Assembly: GCA_963837955.1 (NCBI GenBank)
Contig: CAWIPH010000002.1
Location: forward strand, 4,608,001 to 4,672,000
Direction of reading: 5' to 3'
Length of the DNA stretch: 64,000 nt
DNA from: an uncultured Verrucomicrobiae bacterium
GTDB taxonomy: Bacteria; Verrucomicrobiota; Verrucomicrobiia; Chthoniobacterales; JAFAMB01
Made by a program: the position numbers and the translations under genes. Positions 1 to 10,355 of this stretch are shown piece after piece. The stretch's first letter is position 1; every line of letters starts with the position of its first letter. The notes below the pieces were generated by a model. It saw only the letters and a list, made by a program, of their open reading frames with translations, was not told the DNA's origin and ran no database searches.

Positions 1-297
1 GAAATCAAGCCAGCGGATCATCGCTCCGATATTGAAGGCGGCCCGAACCGGATCGAGCTGGTAAGAAGTACCCGGAACTCGGGAACCCCCAGGGCAACTT
101 GCGCCCGGAACGATTGGACCAAGTAGCTTGGTGCACGCGGGGTATTGAAGAGCCTGCAGAGCGCAACCGAGGCTGTCGAGCAGGCAAAGTCGGGCGGTGG
201 CTACTGCCTCAGGGTGATCGCAAGCATCGCCCAAAACATAGTCAGCGATCTCCTGCAACAAGCGGTCCGGCTCGGGCCGGTTGACGTTGGGCTCCAT
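1..297 (-). CDS. prpD: 2-methylcitrate dehydratase, N-terminal part (runs off window start)
   Basis: Not in the ORF track. Manual translation from ATG at 297 gives [21 protein letters not shown]...[31 protein letters not shown]...[19 protein letters not shown], a typical PrpD N-terminus, directly downstream of prpC. Confidence 0.92.
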   Translation of the reverse strand, partial: MEPNVNRPEPDRLLQEIADYVLGDACDHPEAVATARLCLLDSLGCALQALQYPACTKLLGPIVPGASCPGGSRVPGTSYQLDPVRAAFNIGAMIRWLDF

Positions 298-328
298 ATC
301 GAAAGCACGCTTTTCCCGAGGGCAACAG

Positions 329-1459
329 CTAACGCTGACCAACCGAGACGTATGGCCGCACTTCCGGTCCGATATAGTCAGCGCTCGGACGGATCAGCTT
401 ATTGTTTGCGCGCTGTTCTTTGAGGTGAGCCGTCCAGCCCGTAACGCGGGCCATCACGAAAAGCGGGGTGAAATGGGGCGTTGGAATGCCTAAGAAGTGG
501 TAGAGACTGGCACTGAAGAAATCGGCGTTGGCAAATAAATCCTTACGTTCGCGCATTACGCTCTCCACCTCATCGAAGACATCGAACAAGTAACCGTCTG
601 ATGCTTGAGGCGCCAAACGCCGGGCTAATTCCTTAATTATCGCGTTCCGAGGATCAGAATGCTTGTAGACGGCATGCCCGAATCCCATGATTTTTTCTTT
701 CCTCTCGAGCATCTGCATAACGGCAGCGCGAGCCTCCTCGCGTGTCCTGAATTTTTGGATGAGATTCATGGCAGCCTCGTTCGCGCCGCCGTGCAACGGG
801 CCACGCAGGGTTCCGATCGCGGAGGTGATGCACGAGTAGAAATCCGATAAGGTAGCGGCACAGACGCGACAGGCAAAAGTGGAGGCATTGAATTCGTGCT
901 CGGCGTAAAGAATGAGCGAAACATCCAAGCTACGGCGCTTTGTCTCGTCAGGTTTCTTTCCGTGCAGCAGGCTCAAGAAATGGCCGGCGACGGAATCGGC
1001 GTCCGTCGTCGTCGCAATTCTCTCGCCCCGCTTCGAATAGTGGTACCAATACAGGAGCATTGAGGGGAAGGCTGCCAAAAGTCTTTCGGCAATAGCGTCC
1101 TGATCGGAAAACGAGCTTTCCGGCTCGAGAGAGCCAAGAAGGGAGCATCCTGTGCGCAAGACGTCCATCGGGTGAGCGCTCGCAGGGATCAGTTCGAGCG
1201 TTGTCTTTAGCGCCTCTGGAAGCCCACGTTTCTCTCGCAGTCGCTGCTTAAACGCCTCCAATTGCTCTTGCCGCGGTAGCGCACCGTAAATCAGAAGATG
1301 GGCTACCTCCTCAAAGGAAGCGTTCTGGGCCAAATCCTCGATGGTATAACCGCGATAGGTCAAACCAACACCCTCTTTGCCGACGGTGCATACGGTCGTC
1401 GTTCCGACTGACTGCCCCCGAAGACCGGTAGTTGATGGGAGTACAGTTTTCTCGCTCAT
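329..1459 (-). CDS. prpC: 2-methylcitrate synthase
   Basis: Citrate-synthase motifs [35 protein letters not shown]; lies between prpB and prpD. Confidence 0.93.
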   Translation of the reverse strand: MSEKTVLPSTTGLRGQSVGTTTVCTVGKEGVGLTYRGYTIEDLAQNASFEEVAHLLIYGALPRQEQLEAFKQRLREKRGLPEALKTTLELIPASAHPMDVLRTGCSLLGSLEPESSFSDQDAIAERLLAAFPSMLLYWYHYSKRGERIATTTDADSVAGHFLSLLHGKKPDETKRRSLDVSLILYAEHEFNASTFACRVCAATLSDFYSCITSAIGTLRGPLHGGANEAAMNLIQKFRTREEARAAVMQMLERKEKIMGFGHAVYKHSDPRNAIIKELARRLAPQASDGYLFDVFDEVESVMRERKDLFANADFFSASLYHFLGIPTPHFTPLFVMARVTGWTAHLKEQRANNKLIRPSADYIGPEVRPYVSVGQR

Positions 1460-2343
1460 GAATTTGATCCGAAGAGTTCGTCGAGTTTTTTCTCGTAACG
1501 ATGGTAATCAAGCACTTCGTATAGCCGCTCGCGCGTCTGCATCGAGGAAATCTCCTCGGCCTGAGACCCGTTCTGCCGAATCGTGCGATAAACTCGTTCC
1601 GCTGCGGCCGCCATCGCCCGGAAGGCGCTGAGCGGATAGAGCACCATCGCCACTCCGACCTCACGCAGCTCCGCTAACGAGAAAAGAGGCGTGTGGCCAA
1701 ACTCCGTAAGATTGGCCAAAACAGGAACGGAAATCTGGCGGGTAAATTCTCGATAATCCTCCAATCGAGTAACAGCTTCGGCAAAAATCATGTCGGCTCC
1801 GGCATCGACGTAGTGGCCGCACCGCACGATGGCCGAAGACAATCCCTCTTTGGCAATTGCGTCGGTCCTGGCCATGACGACAAAACTCTGCTCCGGCTTG
1901 CTGTCCACGGCCGCCTTGATCCGATCGGTCATTTCATCGGTCGAAACCAGTTCCTTATTTGGTCGATGGCCGCATCGCTTCGCCGCTACCTGGTCTTCCA
2001 AATGACAACCAGCAGCCCCCGCCCGCGCTAGTTCACGGATGCTCCGGGCAATGTTGAAAGCGCTCCCCCAGCCGGTGTCCGCGTCGACCAGGAGTGGCAA
2101 GTCGATCGTTGCCGTAATTCTCCGGATATCTTCGCAAACGTCGTTTGCCGTAGTCATTCCAAGATCCGGTAGACCAAAGGAAGCGTTGGCAACCCCGGCT
2201 CCAGACAGATAAATTGTCCGAAACCCTGCTTCTTTGGCCAGCAACGCAGAAAAGGCGTTAATCGTACCAGGTATCTGAAGCGGGCGCTCGAGAGCCAAGG
2301 CATCGCGGAACTTTTCACCTGGCGATTTCTTCTCAACAGTCAT
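1456..2343 (-). CDS. prpB: Methylisocitrate lyase
   Basis: [36 protein letters not shown] motifs. Start trimmed to ATG 2343 (MTVEKK); stop overlaps the prpC start. Confidence 0.93.
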   Translation of the reverse strand: MTVEKKSPGEKFRDALALERPLQIPGTINAFSALLAKEAGFRTIYLSGAGVANASFGLPDLGMTTANDVCEDIRRITATIDLPLLVDADTGWGSAFNIARSIRELARAGAAGCHLEDQVAAKRCGHRPNKELVSTDEMTDRIKAAVDSKPEQSFVVMARTDAIAKEGLSSAIVRCGHYVDAGADMIFAEAVTRLEDYREFTRQISVPVLANLTEFGHTPLFSLAELREVGVAMVLYPLSAFRAMAAAAERVYRTIRQNGSQAEEISSMQTRERLYEVLDYHRYEKKLDELFGSNS

Positions 2344-2583
2344 CGTAACTGGGAAATTGAATTTTTCGGCGAACGGGGGGCCGCAATAGACTTTATTCTG
2401 CGGCAGCCAATCGTCCAGCATCGACTCCTGAATAGAACACTGATTTCGCGATGCCCGACAGATCATCGATCGATCGATTTCGCCTCCAAAACGATCAAAT
2501 CTCGCCATCTGAGCGGCAAATCTGAACAATTTTACAGTGTTGCATTGCTTTTTGGCCCCGCTCCGGGCTGATAATTCTCGGGT

Positions 2584-3474
2584 ATGGCCGTCCAGTATGG
2601 TAAATGCACAAACCGAGCTGGTTGTACTCTCGCCTATACGGGCGACCAGATTCGTTTCGAGGGAAATCCAATTTGTCCAGAATGCGGGCAAGGGCTCGCA
2701 GTGATTAAGGGGCCCGGAGGTGGTGGGCGCAAGGTCTGGCTTTTGATCCTCCTCCCGATAGTCCTGATCGGCATGGTCGCCGCCGGGTATTTTCTGGTCC
2801 AGGCCGTTTTGAACTCGGTCTCAAAACCCACTGTTGTGACAACGTCACCGACTGCTAGCGCCACGGCGTCGGCAAGCGCAACGACCAATCCAAGCGCCTC
2901 CGCGTCCGCCAGCGCATCGGCTTCGCCAACAGAGACCCCCACTCCCGACCAAAGCCCTTCCCCGAGTGCTTCGGAATCGCCGACCGGAGGATCGGTCGAG
3001 AAGAAGCCGAACGAGCTTTCTAAATCGGACATCGAGGAAACGCGTCAGGAAGTACTGAAACGGATCGCGGCCATGCCGCATATGTCTCAGTCGGAGAAAG
3101 ATAAATTGCAGGACAAGGTTCAAAGCGCGAGCGCCATGAAGCGGCTTCAGGTGGTCTACTTTGAGGTAGGCAAGAACATGATCGGGAAGCCAGCGGTTGA
3201 TGAACTCGTCTCTAGCTTGAATAGCTCGGACATGAAAGAGAAGATGAGCGATCCGACGTTGGTTTTCGTGGTTGCCGGGTATGCGGACAAGGGCGGCAAC
3301 CCAGCGAGCAATTATCGACTCTCTAACGAGCGGGCCGAGAATATTTCTCGCATCATGAAAAGTGCTGGCGTGACCAACGTCATTCACACCGTTGCAATGG
3401 GAGGGACAGATATCCTCGATGAAAAACGTGCTGATCAAAATCGTGCAGTGGAGATTTGGTCAGTGATCCCATAA
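2584..3474 (+). CDS. Membrane-anchored OmpA-family (peptidoglycan-binding) protein with N-terminal Cys4 zinc-ribbon-like segment
   Basis: CTNRAGC...CPECG, a TM helix, an S/T/A/P linker, then an OmpA_C-like region: [15 protein letters not shown]...[16 protein letters not shown]. Confidence 0.8.
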   Translation: MAVQYGKCTNRAGCTLAYTGDQIRFEGNPICPECGQGLAVIKGPGGGGRKVWLLILLPIVLIGMVAAGYFLVQAVLNSVSKPTVVTTSPTASATASASATTNPSASASASASASPTETPTPDQSPSPSASESPTGGSVEKKPNELSKSDIEETRQEVLKRIAAMPHMSQSEKDKLQDKVQSASAMKRLQVVYFEVGKNMIGKPAVDELVSSLNSSDMKEKMSDPTLVFVVAGYADKGGNPASNYRLSNERAENISRIMKSAGVTNVIHTVAMGGTDILDEKRADQNRAVEIWSVIP

Positions 3475-3583
3475 AACGGACGCAAACAGAGGCGGGATCG
3501 GCGACTTTTCCGGTCGGGCATAGCTATGCGTATGCGCGCCAACCATAATAGGGCGCCATCAGGATCGCCCCGGGGTTCAGAGA

Positions 3584-3913
3584 AATTAGTCCCGGAGGGA
3601 TATCACGAAAGTAGCCCCGCAATTTATTGCTGGGAAATGTGCAAAAGTCACGGCTGTCCCGTGAGGGACTCAATGAAAGTAGCCCAGTACGAAGTGCTGG
3701 GAAATCGTCCAAAGAGGCCTCCGTCCCGGCCTGTCCGCCATAGTCAGGATGACGAAGGAGGAAGGGACGATAGAACCGTTGTCCTTTCGCCTCCAACGCA
3801 ACTTCGCGAGCGCAGACGGGGATCGATCGTCCCTTCCGGGACGGACACGTTTTTTACCTTCCCCCAGCAATAAATTGCTGGGCTACTTTCGTGATATCCC
3901 TCCGGGACTAATT
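3584..3913. mobile_element. REPIN/MITE-like non-autonomous element with 51-bp terminal inverted repeats
   Basis: 3584-3634 (aattagtcccggagggatatcacgaaagtagccccgcaatttattgctggg) is the reverse complement of 3863-3913 with one mismatch. A related internal unit lies near 3656-3703. No credible coding capacity. Confidence 0.75.
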
Positions 3914-3964
3914 CCCCTCGGCCGCACCGAGGTTTTTTCCTCTGGCCACGATGGGCCGGGGGGC

Positions 3965-4294
3965 CTAACGACGCCGTGGCGACAGCCTCAGACCAAACCG
4001 GATATCATCGAATTCGACATGGTATCGCACTTTGTCGAGGATTCTTCTCTCTCCGCGGACCAAAGGTTTATCATCCAATCGAAACGGGCGCCGCACGCTT
4101 TTCGGTGTAAGGGCAAACCAATAGCCATTCTCCACGCCTAGAAGCAGATGGCGCGGTTCGAGCCCCTCAACCTTAGAAAAAGCTTCCTTCGCGAAATTCG
4201 AGTCGGTGCCAATGATCGTACCATCTTTGCAGGGATAGCTTACGCCCTCGAAAACGAGTTCTAAAAACGCATTACGGGGCGCATCAGCCCGCAT
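3965..4294 (-). CDS. Small hypothetical protein, possibly degenerate FHA-like beta-sandwich
   Basis: Pattern IIGTDS...LEPRHLLL...WFAL...FRLDDKPLVRGERRIL resembles FHA spacing but lacks the canonical GR/SR-H residues. Start uncertain (4294 or 4354). Confidence 0.45.
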   Translation of the reverse strand: MRADAPRNAFLELVFEGVSYPCKDGTIIGTDSNFAKEAFSKVEGLEPRHLLLGVENGYWFALTPKSVRRPFRLDDKPLVRGERRILDKVRYHVEFDDIRFGLRLSPRRR

Positions 4295-4432
4295 ACCCGT
4301 TTTTGAGCCATCCGAGGCAGAAGCAGAGCTAGAACTCCCATCCAGCGGTAACATTGCTCGAGACTAAAAGCTTTGCTGCTCGGCTGCAAAGTTAAAGCCG
4401 CGACTTTCCCGGCGAAATCGGTTTGTCGACGT

Positions 4433-5155
4433 TCAGTCGCAGAGGTAATTGCCTCCCTCGTCCACCGTGATTCTCGGGAGCCGATGCCGCTCTGAAAAGA
4501 AACGGTAAGCTGGTTCAAGCGTTTTCCAGAAATCAATTTGATCCGGGTATGTCTTTGCCCTCACCGTCCAGGTCGCATCCGACATCCGGGCTGGGAAAAT
4601 ATGAATTTCGACCGGTGGAGTCGCATCCTGGGCCGTGACGTAAATCTCTTCGATGGCGTCATCGCCCACGGCCAGACACCCGGTCGAGCGCTGATCGCCG
4701 TGAATGTAAATGTCTGAGCCGGGCGAGACTGGCTCAGACTTCTTCTGATCCGCCCCATTCGGATAATCAATTCTTAGAGAGAGATGAAATTGGCTCTTAG
4801 GATTAAATAGATCGATCTGATAGAATCCTTCGGGAACTTGCAAATCTCCTTCATACCGCTTCGGGCCGAGCCGACCGGACACTGCGAGTATGGGATAGAC
4901 ATGGACGAGACGGAAGGTTTCCTGCTCATCATTCCGTGCCCAGACTTCGAACTCCTGCTCCAATTTATGAACGCGAAAAAAGATCGAATTGGCAGGATAA
5001 GCAAGCCCGAGCGCGGCAAACCGCTGTACTAAGATCGGTATTACTCGCTGTCGAGCGATGGCCACTCGATCTTCCGGTATCGACGAAGGATCGGCCAGCG
5101 CCGAAACCAGCGTGCCCATAACGATCTGTACCGACCACAATAAATGACGCAACAT
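4433..5155 (-). CDS. L,D-transpeptidase/amidase family (YafK/DpaA-like), secreted
   Basis: GPKRYEGDLQVPEGFY, FHLSLRIDYPN, IYIHG..STGC catalytic His/Cys motif; signal-peptide-like N-terminus from ATG 5155. Confidence 0.85.
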   Translation of the reverse strand: MLRHLLWSVQIVMGTLVSALADPSSIPEDRVAIARQRVIPILVQRFAALGLAYPANSIFFRVHKLEQEFEVWARNDEQETFRLVHVYPILAVSGRLGPKRYEGDLQVPEGFYQIDLFNPKSQFHLSLRIDYPNGADQKKSEPVSPGSDIYIHGDQRSTGCLAVGDDAIEEIYVTAQDATPPVEIHIFPARMSDATWTVRAKTYPDQIDFWKTLEPAYRFFSERHRLPRITVDEGGNYLCD

Positions 5156-5455
5156 CTCGAAACGACCAGGACCTGAAATCATTCCCGCTATAAAGATAGC
5201 GAGCCAAGATCGTGCGAGGAAAATACTTTTTTTCTGACGATTTGACGATTTTTGCCAAATCAGGTCATGAATTTCAGCACGAGGCCGGTGTTTCTGTGCA
5301 ACCAAGACCGAGCGAACCGCTTACGCAAAGGAAAGATGCCCTCCAACGAAATCTTTCGGGTCACGAAGAAAATATTGATCTTTCGTCCCGAAGTCGCTAT
5401 TTGGGGGTAGTTTGAAGTATCTCCGATTCGGAGTACCTCTAAAAAATCCCCCATC

Positions 5456-6433
5456 ATGAAACAACGTCTAGTTTACCCATTGACCGCCTCCTTCAGAGTG
5501 CTGGCGGTCACCGTAGTTTTCTGTCTTGCCAGTTCCCTAGGACTAGGCGCAGATAAGAAATTGGTTGTCGGATTCGCCCAAGTCGGCGCGGAGAGCGGCT
5601 GGCGCACGGCGAATACCGATTCGATCAAATCAGAAGCCGCTAAGCGTGGAGTTGATCTGCGTTTTTCCGATGCCCAACAGAAGGAAGAGAATCAAATCAA
5701 GGCAATCCGTTCGTTTATCGCACAGGGTGTCGATGTGATTGCATTCTCGCCTGTGGTCGAGACTGGTTTCGAGCCGGTTTTGCAGGAAGCAAAAAAGGCT
5801 GGAATTCCGGTCGTGCTGTCTGACCGCGCTGTCAAAGTTTCGGATGACTCTCTGTACAAATGCTTCATTGGTTCAGACTTCATCGAAGAAGGCCGGCGGG
5901 CGGCCAACGCGGTAGCAAAGCTCACTGACGGCAAGGCGAATGTCGCCGAGTTAGTTGGTACCGTCGGATCCGCGCCGGCGATTGACCGCAAAAAAGGCTT
6001 CGAGGAAGTTATCAAGGCCAAGTACCCGGATATAAAGATCATAATGTCGCAAAGCGGCGACTTCACCCGGGCGAAAGGCAAAGAGGTCATGGAAGCATTT
6101 TTGAAGTCTCCGAACGCCAAGGACATCAATGTACTGTTTGCGCACAACGATGATATGGCCCTGGGAGCGATCCAGGCCATGGAAGAGGCGGGTATTAAGC
6201 CGGGCCAAGATATCAAGATCGTCTCGATCGACGGCGTCCGCGGGGCTTTCGAAGCCATGAAGGACGGTAAGCTGAATGTCACCGTGGAGTGTAATCCGCT
6301 CCTGGGACCGCAGCTGTTTGATCTGATTGAAAAAGTAGCAAACAAACAAGAAGTGCCGAAGCGCGTCGTCACCCAAGAGGGCGTCTACGAACAATCGCAG
6401 GCGGCTGCAGAGCTACCAAAGAGACAATACTAA
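5456..6433 (+). CDS. ytfQ: Sugar (galactofuranose-type) ABC transporter substrate-binding protein
   Basis: VGFAQVGAESGWRTANT, DAQQKEENQIKAIRSFIAQGVDVI, AHNDDMALGAIQA, VECNPLLGP; signal peptide. Confidence 0.88.
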   Translation: MKQRLVYPLTASFRVLAVTVVFCLASSLGLGADKKLVVGFAQVGAESGWRTANTDSIKSEAAKRGVDLRFSDAQQKEENQIKAIRSFIAQGVDVIAFSPVVETGFEPVLQEAKKAGIPVVLSDRAVKVSDDSLYKCFIGSDFIEEGRRAANAVAKLTDGKANVAELVGTVGSAPAIDRKKGFEEVIKAKYPDIKIIMSQSGDFTRAKGKEVMEAFLKSPNAKDINVLFAHNDDMALGAIQAMEEAGIKPGQDIKIVSIDGVRGAFEAMKDGKLNVTVECNPLLGPQLFDLIEKVANKQEVPKRVVTQEGVYEQSQAAAELPKRQY

Positions 6434-6455
6434 TCTTCCACTCTTTGTTTTGAAG

Positions 6456-6493
6456 CGGGCGCTCAAACCGAATGGGAGAGCGCCCGAATTTTT
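6456..6493 (+). terminator. Intercistronic hairpin after the substrate-binding gene
   Basis: 9-bp stem cgggcgctc/gagcgcccg followed by aattttt. Confidence 0.5.
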
Positions 6494-6504
6494 CCTATCG
6501 TGAT

Positions 6505-8031
6505 GTGGCTACTCCGTTGTTAGAGGTTACCGGACTCAGCAAGGGCTTCCCCGGCGTCAAAGCGTTGGACGCGGTCGATCTGACCGTTCGAGGAGGAGAA
6601 ATCCACGCACTGATGGGCGAGAACGGCGCGGGTAAAAGCACGTTGATCAAGGTCTTGACCGGGGTCTTTCCCCGCGATTCCGGCGAAACGCGGTTGGAAG
6701 GCCAGATCATCGCACCGAAGTCGCCGGGTGAGGCCGAAGCACTCGGTATCAGCACTGTGTATCAAGAAGTGAACCTGATCCCGCACCTGTCGGTCGCCGA
6801 AAATATTTGCTTGGGCCGCCAACCGACCTGGCTGGGAACGATCCGTTGGGGCGCAATCGCCAAACGGGCGCGAGCGGCGCTTGCCCGGCTGGATCTTTCC
6901 CTGGACGTCAATCGTCAGCTCACTTCATATTCCATAGCCATTCAGCAGATGGTGGCCATTGCGCGCGCCCTCGACATATCTGCTAAGCTCTTAATCCTCG
7001 ATGAGCCGACCTCAAGCCTCGATAAGATTGAGGTGGAAGAGCTCTTCGGAAAGCTCCGAAAGCTCCGGGAGGACGGTCTCGGTATCATCTTTATCACGCA
7101 CTTTCTCGAACAGGTCTACGAAATCTCCGATACCATCACGGTCTTACGGAACGGCTGTCGAGTTGGTTGCTTCGCTACTAAGGAGCTTCCTCGGATCAAG
7201 CTCGTTTCCCATATGATCGGAAAGGCGATCCAGCAGGTTGAAGCACTCGAACAGAAACGTGCGAGCACGGCGACCATTCGCTCGGACAAGCCAATCCTGG
7301 AAGCGCGAGGTTTGGGACGAAAAGGCTCTCTCCAGCCGCTCGATCTGGAAATTCGTCCCGGAGAAGTCGTTGGTCTGGCCGGCCTTCTCGGATCCGGCCG
7401 AACAGAAACGGCCAGGCTGCTGTTCGGCGTCGACCGGCCGGACCAGGGTACAATCCGCATCGATAACAGGGATGTGCGGTTCCATTCGCCCCGCGCCGCT
7501 ATCCGCTACCGCATCGCATTAACTCCGGAGGATAGAAAGGTGGCCGGGATTATTCCTAACCTGACAGTTCGAGAGAATATTGTTTTGGCCTTGCAGGCCA
7601 GTCGAGGGAGTTGGCGGCGCTTATCCGTGACCGATCAAGAAAAACTCGCCGACCGATTCATTCGATCGCTGGATATCAAGACCCCGAGTCGAGAGCAGCT
7701 AGTTCGAAATCTCAGTGGCGGGAATCAACAAAAGGTCTTGCTGGCTCGGTGGCTGGCAACCGAGCCGAAGTTGTTTATTCTCGACGAACCTACTCGCGGA
7801 ATCGACGTAGGGGCGAAGGCCGAGATCGAGAAACTGATCCAATCACTCCGTCAAGAAGGTCTAGCCGTGCTCTTTATCAGCTCGGAATTGGAAGAAATCG
7901 TCCGACAAAGTCAACGGGTGGTCGTTTTACGTGATCGCCGGAAGGTTGGAGAATTGACAGAAGGAGAGATCTCCGAGGAAGCTATTATGCAGTCCATTGC
8001 AACTCACGATTTGGAGCGGCCCGCTGCATGA
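6505..8031 (+). CDS. ytfR: Sugar ABC transporter ATP-binding protein (two ABC domains)
   Basis: GENGAGKST Walker A, LILDEPT twice, LSGGNQQKV. GTG 6505 preferred because ATG 6472 lies inside the hairpin. Confidence 0.88.
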   Translation: MATPLLEVTGLSKGFPGVKALDAVDLTVRGGEIHALMGENGAGKSTLIKVLTGVFPRDSGETRLEGQIIAPKSPGEAEALGISTVYQEVNLIPHLSVAENICLGRQPTWLGTIRWGAIAKRARAALARLDLSLDVNRQLTSYSIAIQQMVAIARALDISAKLLILDEPTSSLDKIEVEELFGKLRKLREDGLGIIFITHFLEQVYEISDTITVLRNGCRVGCFATKELPRIKLVSHMIGKAIQQVEALEQKRASTATIRSDKPILEARGLGRKGSLQPLDLEIRPGEVVGLAGLLGSGRTETARLLFGVDRPDQGTIRIDNRDVRFHSPRAAIRYRIALTPEDRKVAGIIPNLTVRENIVLALQASRGSWRRLSVTDQEKLADRFIRSLDIKTPSREQLVRNLSGGNQQKVLLARWLATEPKLFILDEPTRGIDVGAKAEIEKLIQSLRQEGLAVLFISSELEEIVRQSQRVVVLRDRRKVGELTEGEISEEAIMQSIATHDLERPAA

Positions 8032-9143
8032 TTGACTCGGTTTCTGACCTGTTATTCTGGATCGTCTTTGGCGTCATTCTTTTCTTTTTACGCCGGCAAA
8101 GGATTTTTTGGACGGTTGGCGCGCTCGCGTTACTCCTCCTTTTTAACCAGTTTTTCACTCCGGGCTTCTTTCATATCCAAGTCCTGGACGGACATCTCTA
8201 TGGTTCCAGGATCGATGTGCTAAACCAGGGAGCCAAGGTCATGCTCCTGTCGCTCGGCATGGTATTGGTGATTGCGACCGGTGGGGTTGATCTTTCGGTA
8301 GGCGCGGTGATGGCCATCGCTGCTGCAGTGTCATCCCGATTGCTGGTTACCGAGCATCAGCCGCCGGGCGTGGCCATTGCCGTCGCCTTGGTCATCTCGG
8401 TTTTGGCCGGGGCGTGGAACGGGTTGTTGGTCGCCGGATTCGGAATTCAGCCAATCGTTGCGACTCTGGTATTGATGGTGGCAGGGCGCGGAATTGCTCA
8501 GCTGATCACGGAGGGACAAATCATTAACTTCCTCGATCCGACGATGGTCTACCTCGGTAATGGCCACCTATTTGGCCTGCCATTTACTCTAACGCTCGTC
8601 GTCGTCATGCTGATACTCGTCCATTTACTGGTCCGGCGTACTGCCCTTGGACTCTTTATCGAGTCGGTGGGCGACAATGACGAGGCCAGCCGCTACTCCG
8701 GCATCAACGCGAAGCAAGTGAAGTTCTTAGTCTACACGCTTTCCGGCCTCTGTGCCGGACTGGCCGGACTGGTGGCGTGCTCAAACATCAAAAGCGCAGA
8801 TGCCAATAATATCGGCCTCTATCTGGAGTTGGATGCAATCCTGGCTGTTGTCGTAGGTGGCACCGCGTTACAGGGTGGCCGTTTCTACCTGATCGGCGCG
8901 GTGGTCGGTGGATTGTTTATCCAGACGCTCACGACCACGTTATACGCCCGAAACGTGAGTTCCGATGTTTCTCCCGTACCGAAGGCCCTGGTTATCATAG
9001 CGGTTTGCCTGTTCCAAAGTGAATTGTTCCGAGCACGGATCTCACAAGTTCTTCGACCGCTAGACAGGATTCTCAAACCGCTGAGCGCTCGGCTACCGTT
9101 CCATCTCTCTACCGCTGCGCGGCATGATTCGCCTAAACCCTAA
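8028..9143 (+). CDS. ytfT: Sugar ABC transporter permease
   Basis: IATGGVDLSVGA, GIQPIVATLVLMVAGRGIAQL, LELDAILAVVVGGT. Confidence 0.85.
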   Translation: MIDSVSDLLFWIVFGVILFFLRRQRIFWTVGALALLLLFNQFFTPGFFHIQVLDGHLYGSRIDVLNQGAKVMLLSLGMVLVIATGGVDLSVGAVMAIAAAVSSRLLVTEHQPPGVAIAVALVISVLAGAWNGLLVAGFGIQPIVATLVLMVAGRGIAQLITEGQIINFLDPTMVYLGNGHLFGLPFTLTLVVVMLILVHLLVRRTALGLFIESVGDNDEASRYSGINAKQVKFLVYTLSGLCAGLAGLVACSNIKSADANNIGLYLELDAILAVVVGGTALQGGRFYLIGAVVGGLFIQTLTTTLYARNVSSDVSPVPKALVIIAVCLFQSELFRARISQVLRPLDRILKPLSARLPFHLSTAARHDSPKP

Positions 9144-10092
9144 GTACATTCCTCTTCTCGCGACTGCTGTAGTCCTGCTGGCGCTCTTTGGCACCGGCTC
9201 TCTGCTCTATCCGAACTTCGGCACACCGCGCGTGATCGTGAATCTTTTGAACGATATGGCATTCGTCGGCGTCGCGGCGGTCGGAGAGTCATTCGTGATT
9301 CTGTCGGGAGGTATCGATCTCTCGGTCGGTTCGATGGTGGCGTTCGTCGGTATTCTCATTGCAAAACTTTTGCAGATCGGGTGCGACCCATTCTTGGCTA
9401 TGGGGATCGCACTCTGTATTGGAACCCTCGCTGGAGCTTTTATGGGCTGCCTGATCCATTTCTTCGAAATGCCTCCGTTCCTGGTTACTCTTGCCGGCCT
9501 GTTTTGCTTGCGAGGCCTCGGCTTTGTCATCAACCCTGAATCAATCGGAATCGATCATTCATTTTACGGCGAAGTCCTCCCCCAGCTCTCGATCTTAGTT
9601 GCTCCGAAAGCGGTGCTGCCGTTTACGGCTATGTGTTTCCTCGGGTCGGTTATTGTTGGGACTTTCGTCGCCAGTTTCACGCGTTTCGGGCGGAACGTTT
9701 ATGCGATCGGATCGAACGAAAACTCCGCTCGCCTCATGGGCTTGCCGATTGGCCGGACAAAAATCACGACTTATGCCCTCGCCGGCTTCTTTTCCGCGCT
9801 CGGTGGCGTTGTGGCGACCTTCTATATGCAATCGGGAAATCCTGCGTCTTTTGTCGGATTGGAGCTCGACGCGATCGCCTCGGTGGTGATTGGAGGTACT
9901 CTTCTAACCGGCGGAGTCGGTTTTGTTCCTGGGACACTTATGGGCGTCCTCATCCTCGGATTGATCCAACAAATCATTATCTTTAACGGTACGCTGAACA
10001 GTTGGTGGACAAAAATCGTGATCGGCGCGCTGCTGCTTATCTTCATCGTGCTCCAGAAGTTCATCTCGCGGCGACCGGCCGCGGCGAGTTGA
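9124..10092 (+). CDS. yjfF: Sugar ABC transporter permease
   Basis: KYIPLLATAVVL, ILSGGIDLSVGS, ELDAIASVVIGGTLLTGG, LNSWWTKIVIG. Confidence 0.87.
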   Translation: MIRLNPKYIPLLATAVVLLALFGTGSLLYPNFGTPRVIVNLLNDMAFVGVAAVGESFVILSGGIDLSVGSMVAFVGILIAKLLQIGCDPFLAMGIALCIGTLAGAFMGCLIHFFEMPPFLVTLAGLFCLRGLGFVINPESIGIDHSFYGEVLPQLSILVAPKAVLPFTAMCFLGSVIVGTFVASFTRFGRNVYAIGSNENSARLMGLPIGRTKITTYALAGFFSALGGVVATFYMQSGNPASFVGLELDAIASVVIGGTLLTGGVGFVPGTLMGVLILGLIQQIIIFNGTLNSWWTKIVIGALLLIFIVLQKFISRRPAAAS

Positions 10093-10355
10093 AGTTGTGG
10101 TCAGCCAATCGTCGCTTACCGGGTAGTATCCTAGTCTGGACAAGTGCCTCGATTCTCGCGCTCTCCCTAGAGCTCATTCTTTTGAATCGCTCAGATTCAC
10201 AGGGGCTCCATTCCTCGGTCCACCCTGGATTATGCCCGGGCGCCGCAAGCGGCGCGCCCTCCGACGGATAGATGTGTCCTCGCTCTCGTCGCCATTCCGG
10301 CTGCATCCCTACCGTTTAGTGTTTCTTGTTTGTTGTTTCCTGCTCTCTTCTCTGA

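Noticed and set aside
2344..2691. Long N-terminal extensions in the ORF track (prpB to 2691, TBDR2 to 18445, TBDR5 to 31608, mutS to 42687, aas from 42822, Fur to 38660)
   Set aside because: The extensions lack family similarity and overlap neighbours, SD sites or operators; downstream ATGs fit better.
3524..3873. Short ORFs at 3524-3873, 39819-40115, 45233-45715, 57480-57788 and 62580-62780
   Set aside because: They are translations of REP/MITE-like or intergenic DNA with no recognisable protein features.
2584..4354. Type VI secretion accessory cluster (OmpA/TagL + FHA)
   Set aside because: No T6SS core genes in the window and the FHA resemblance is weak.
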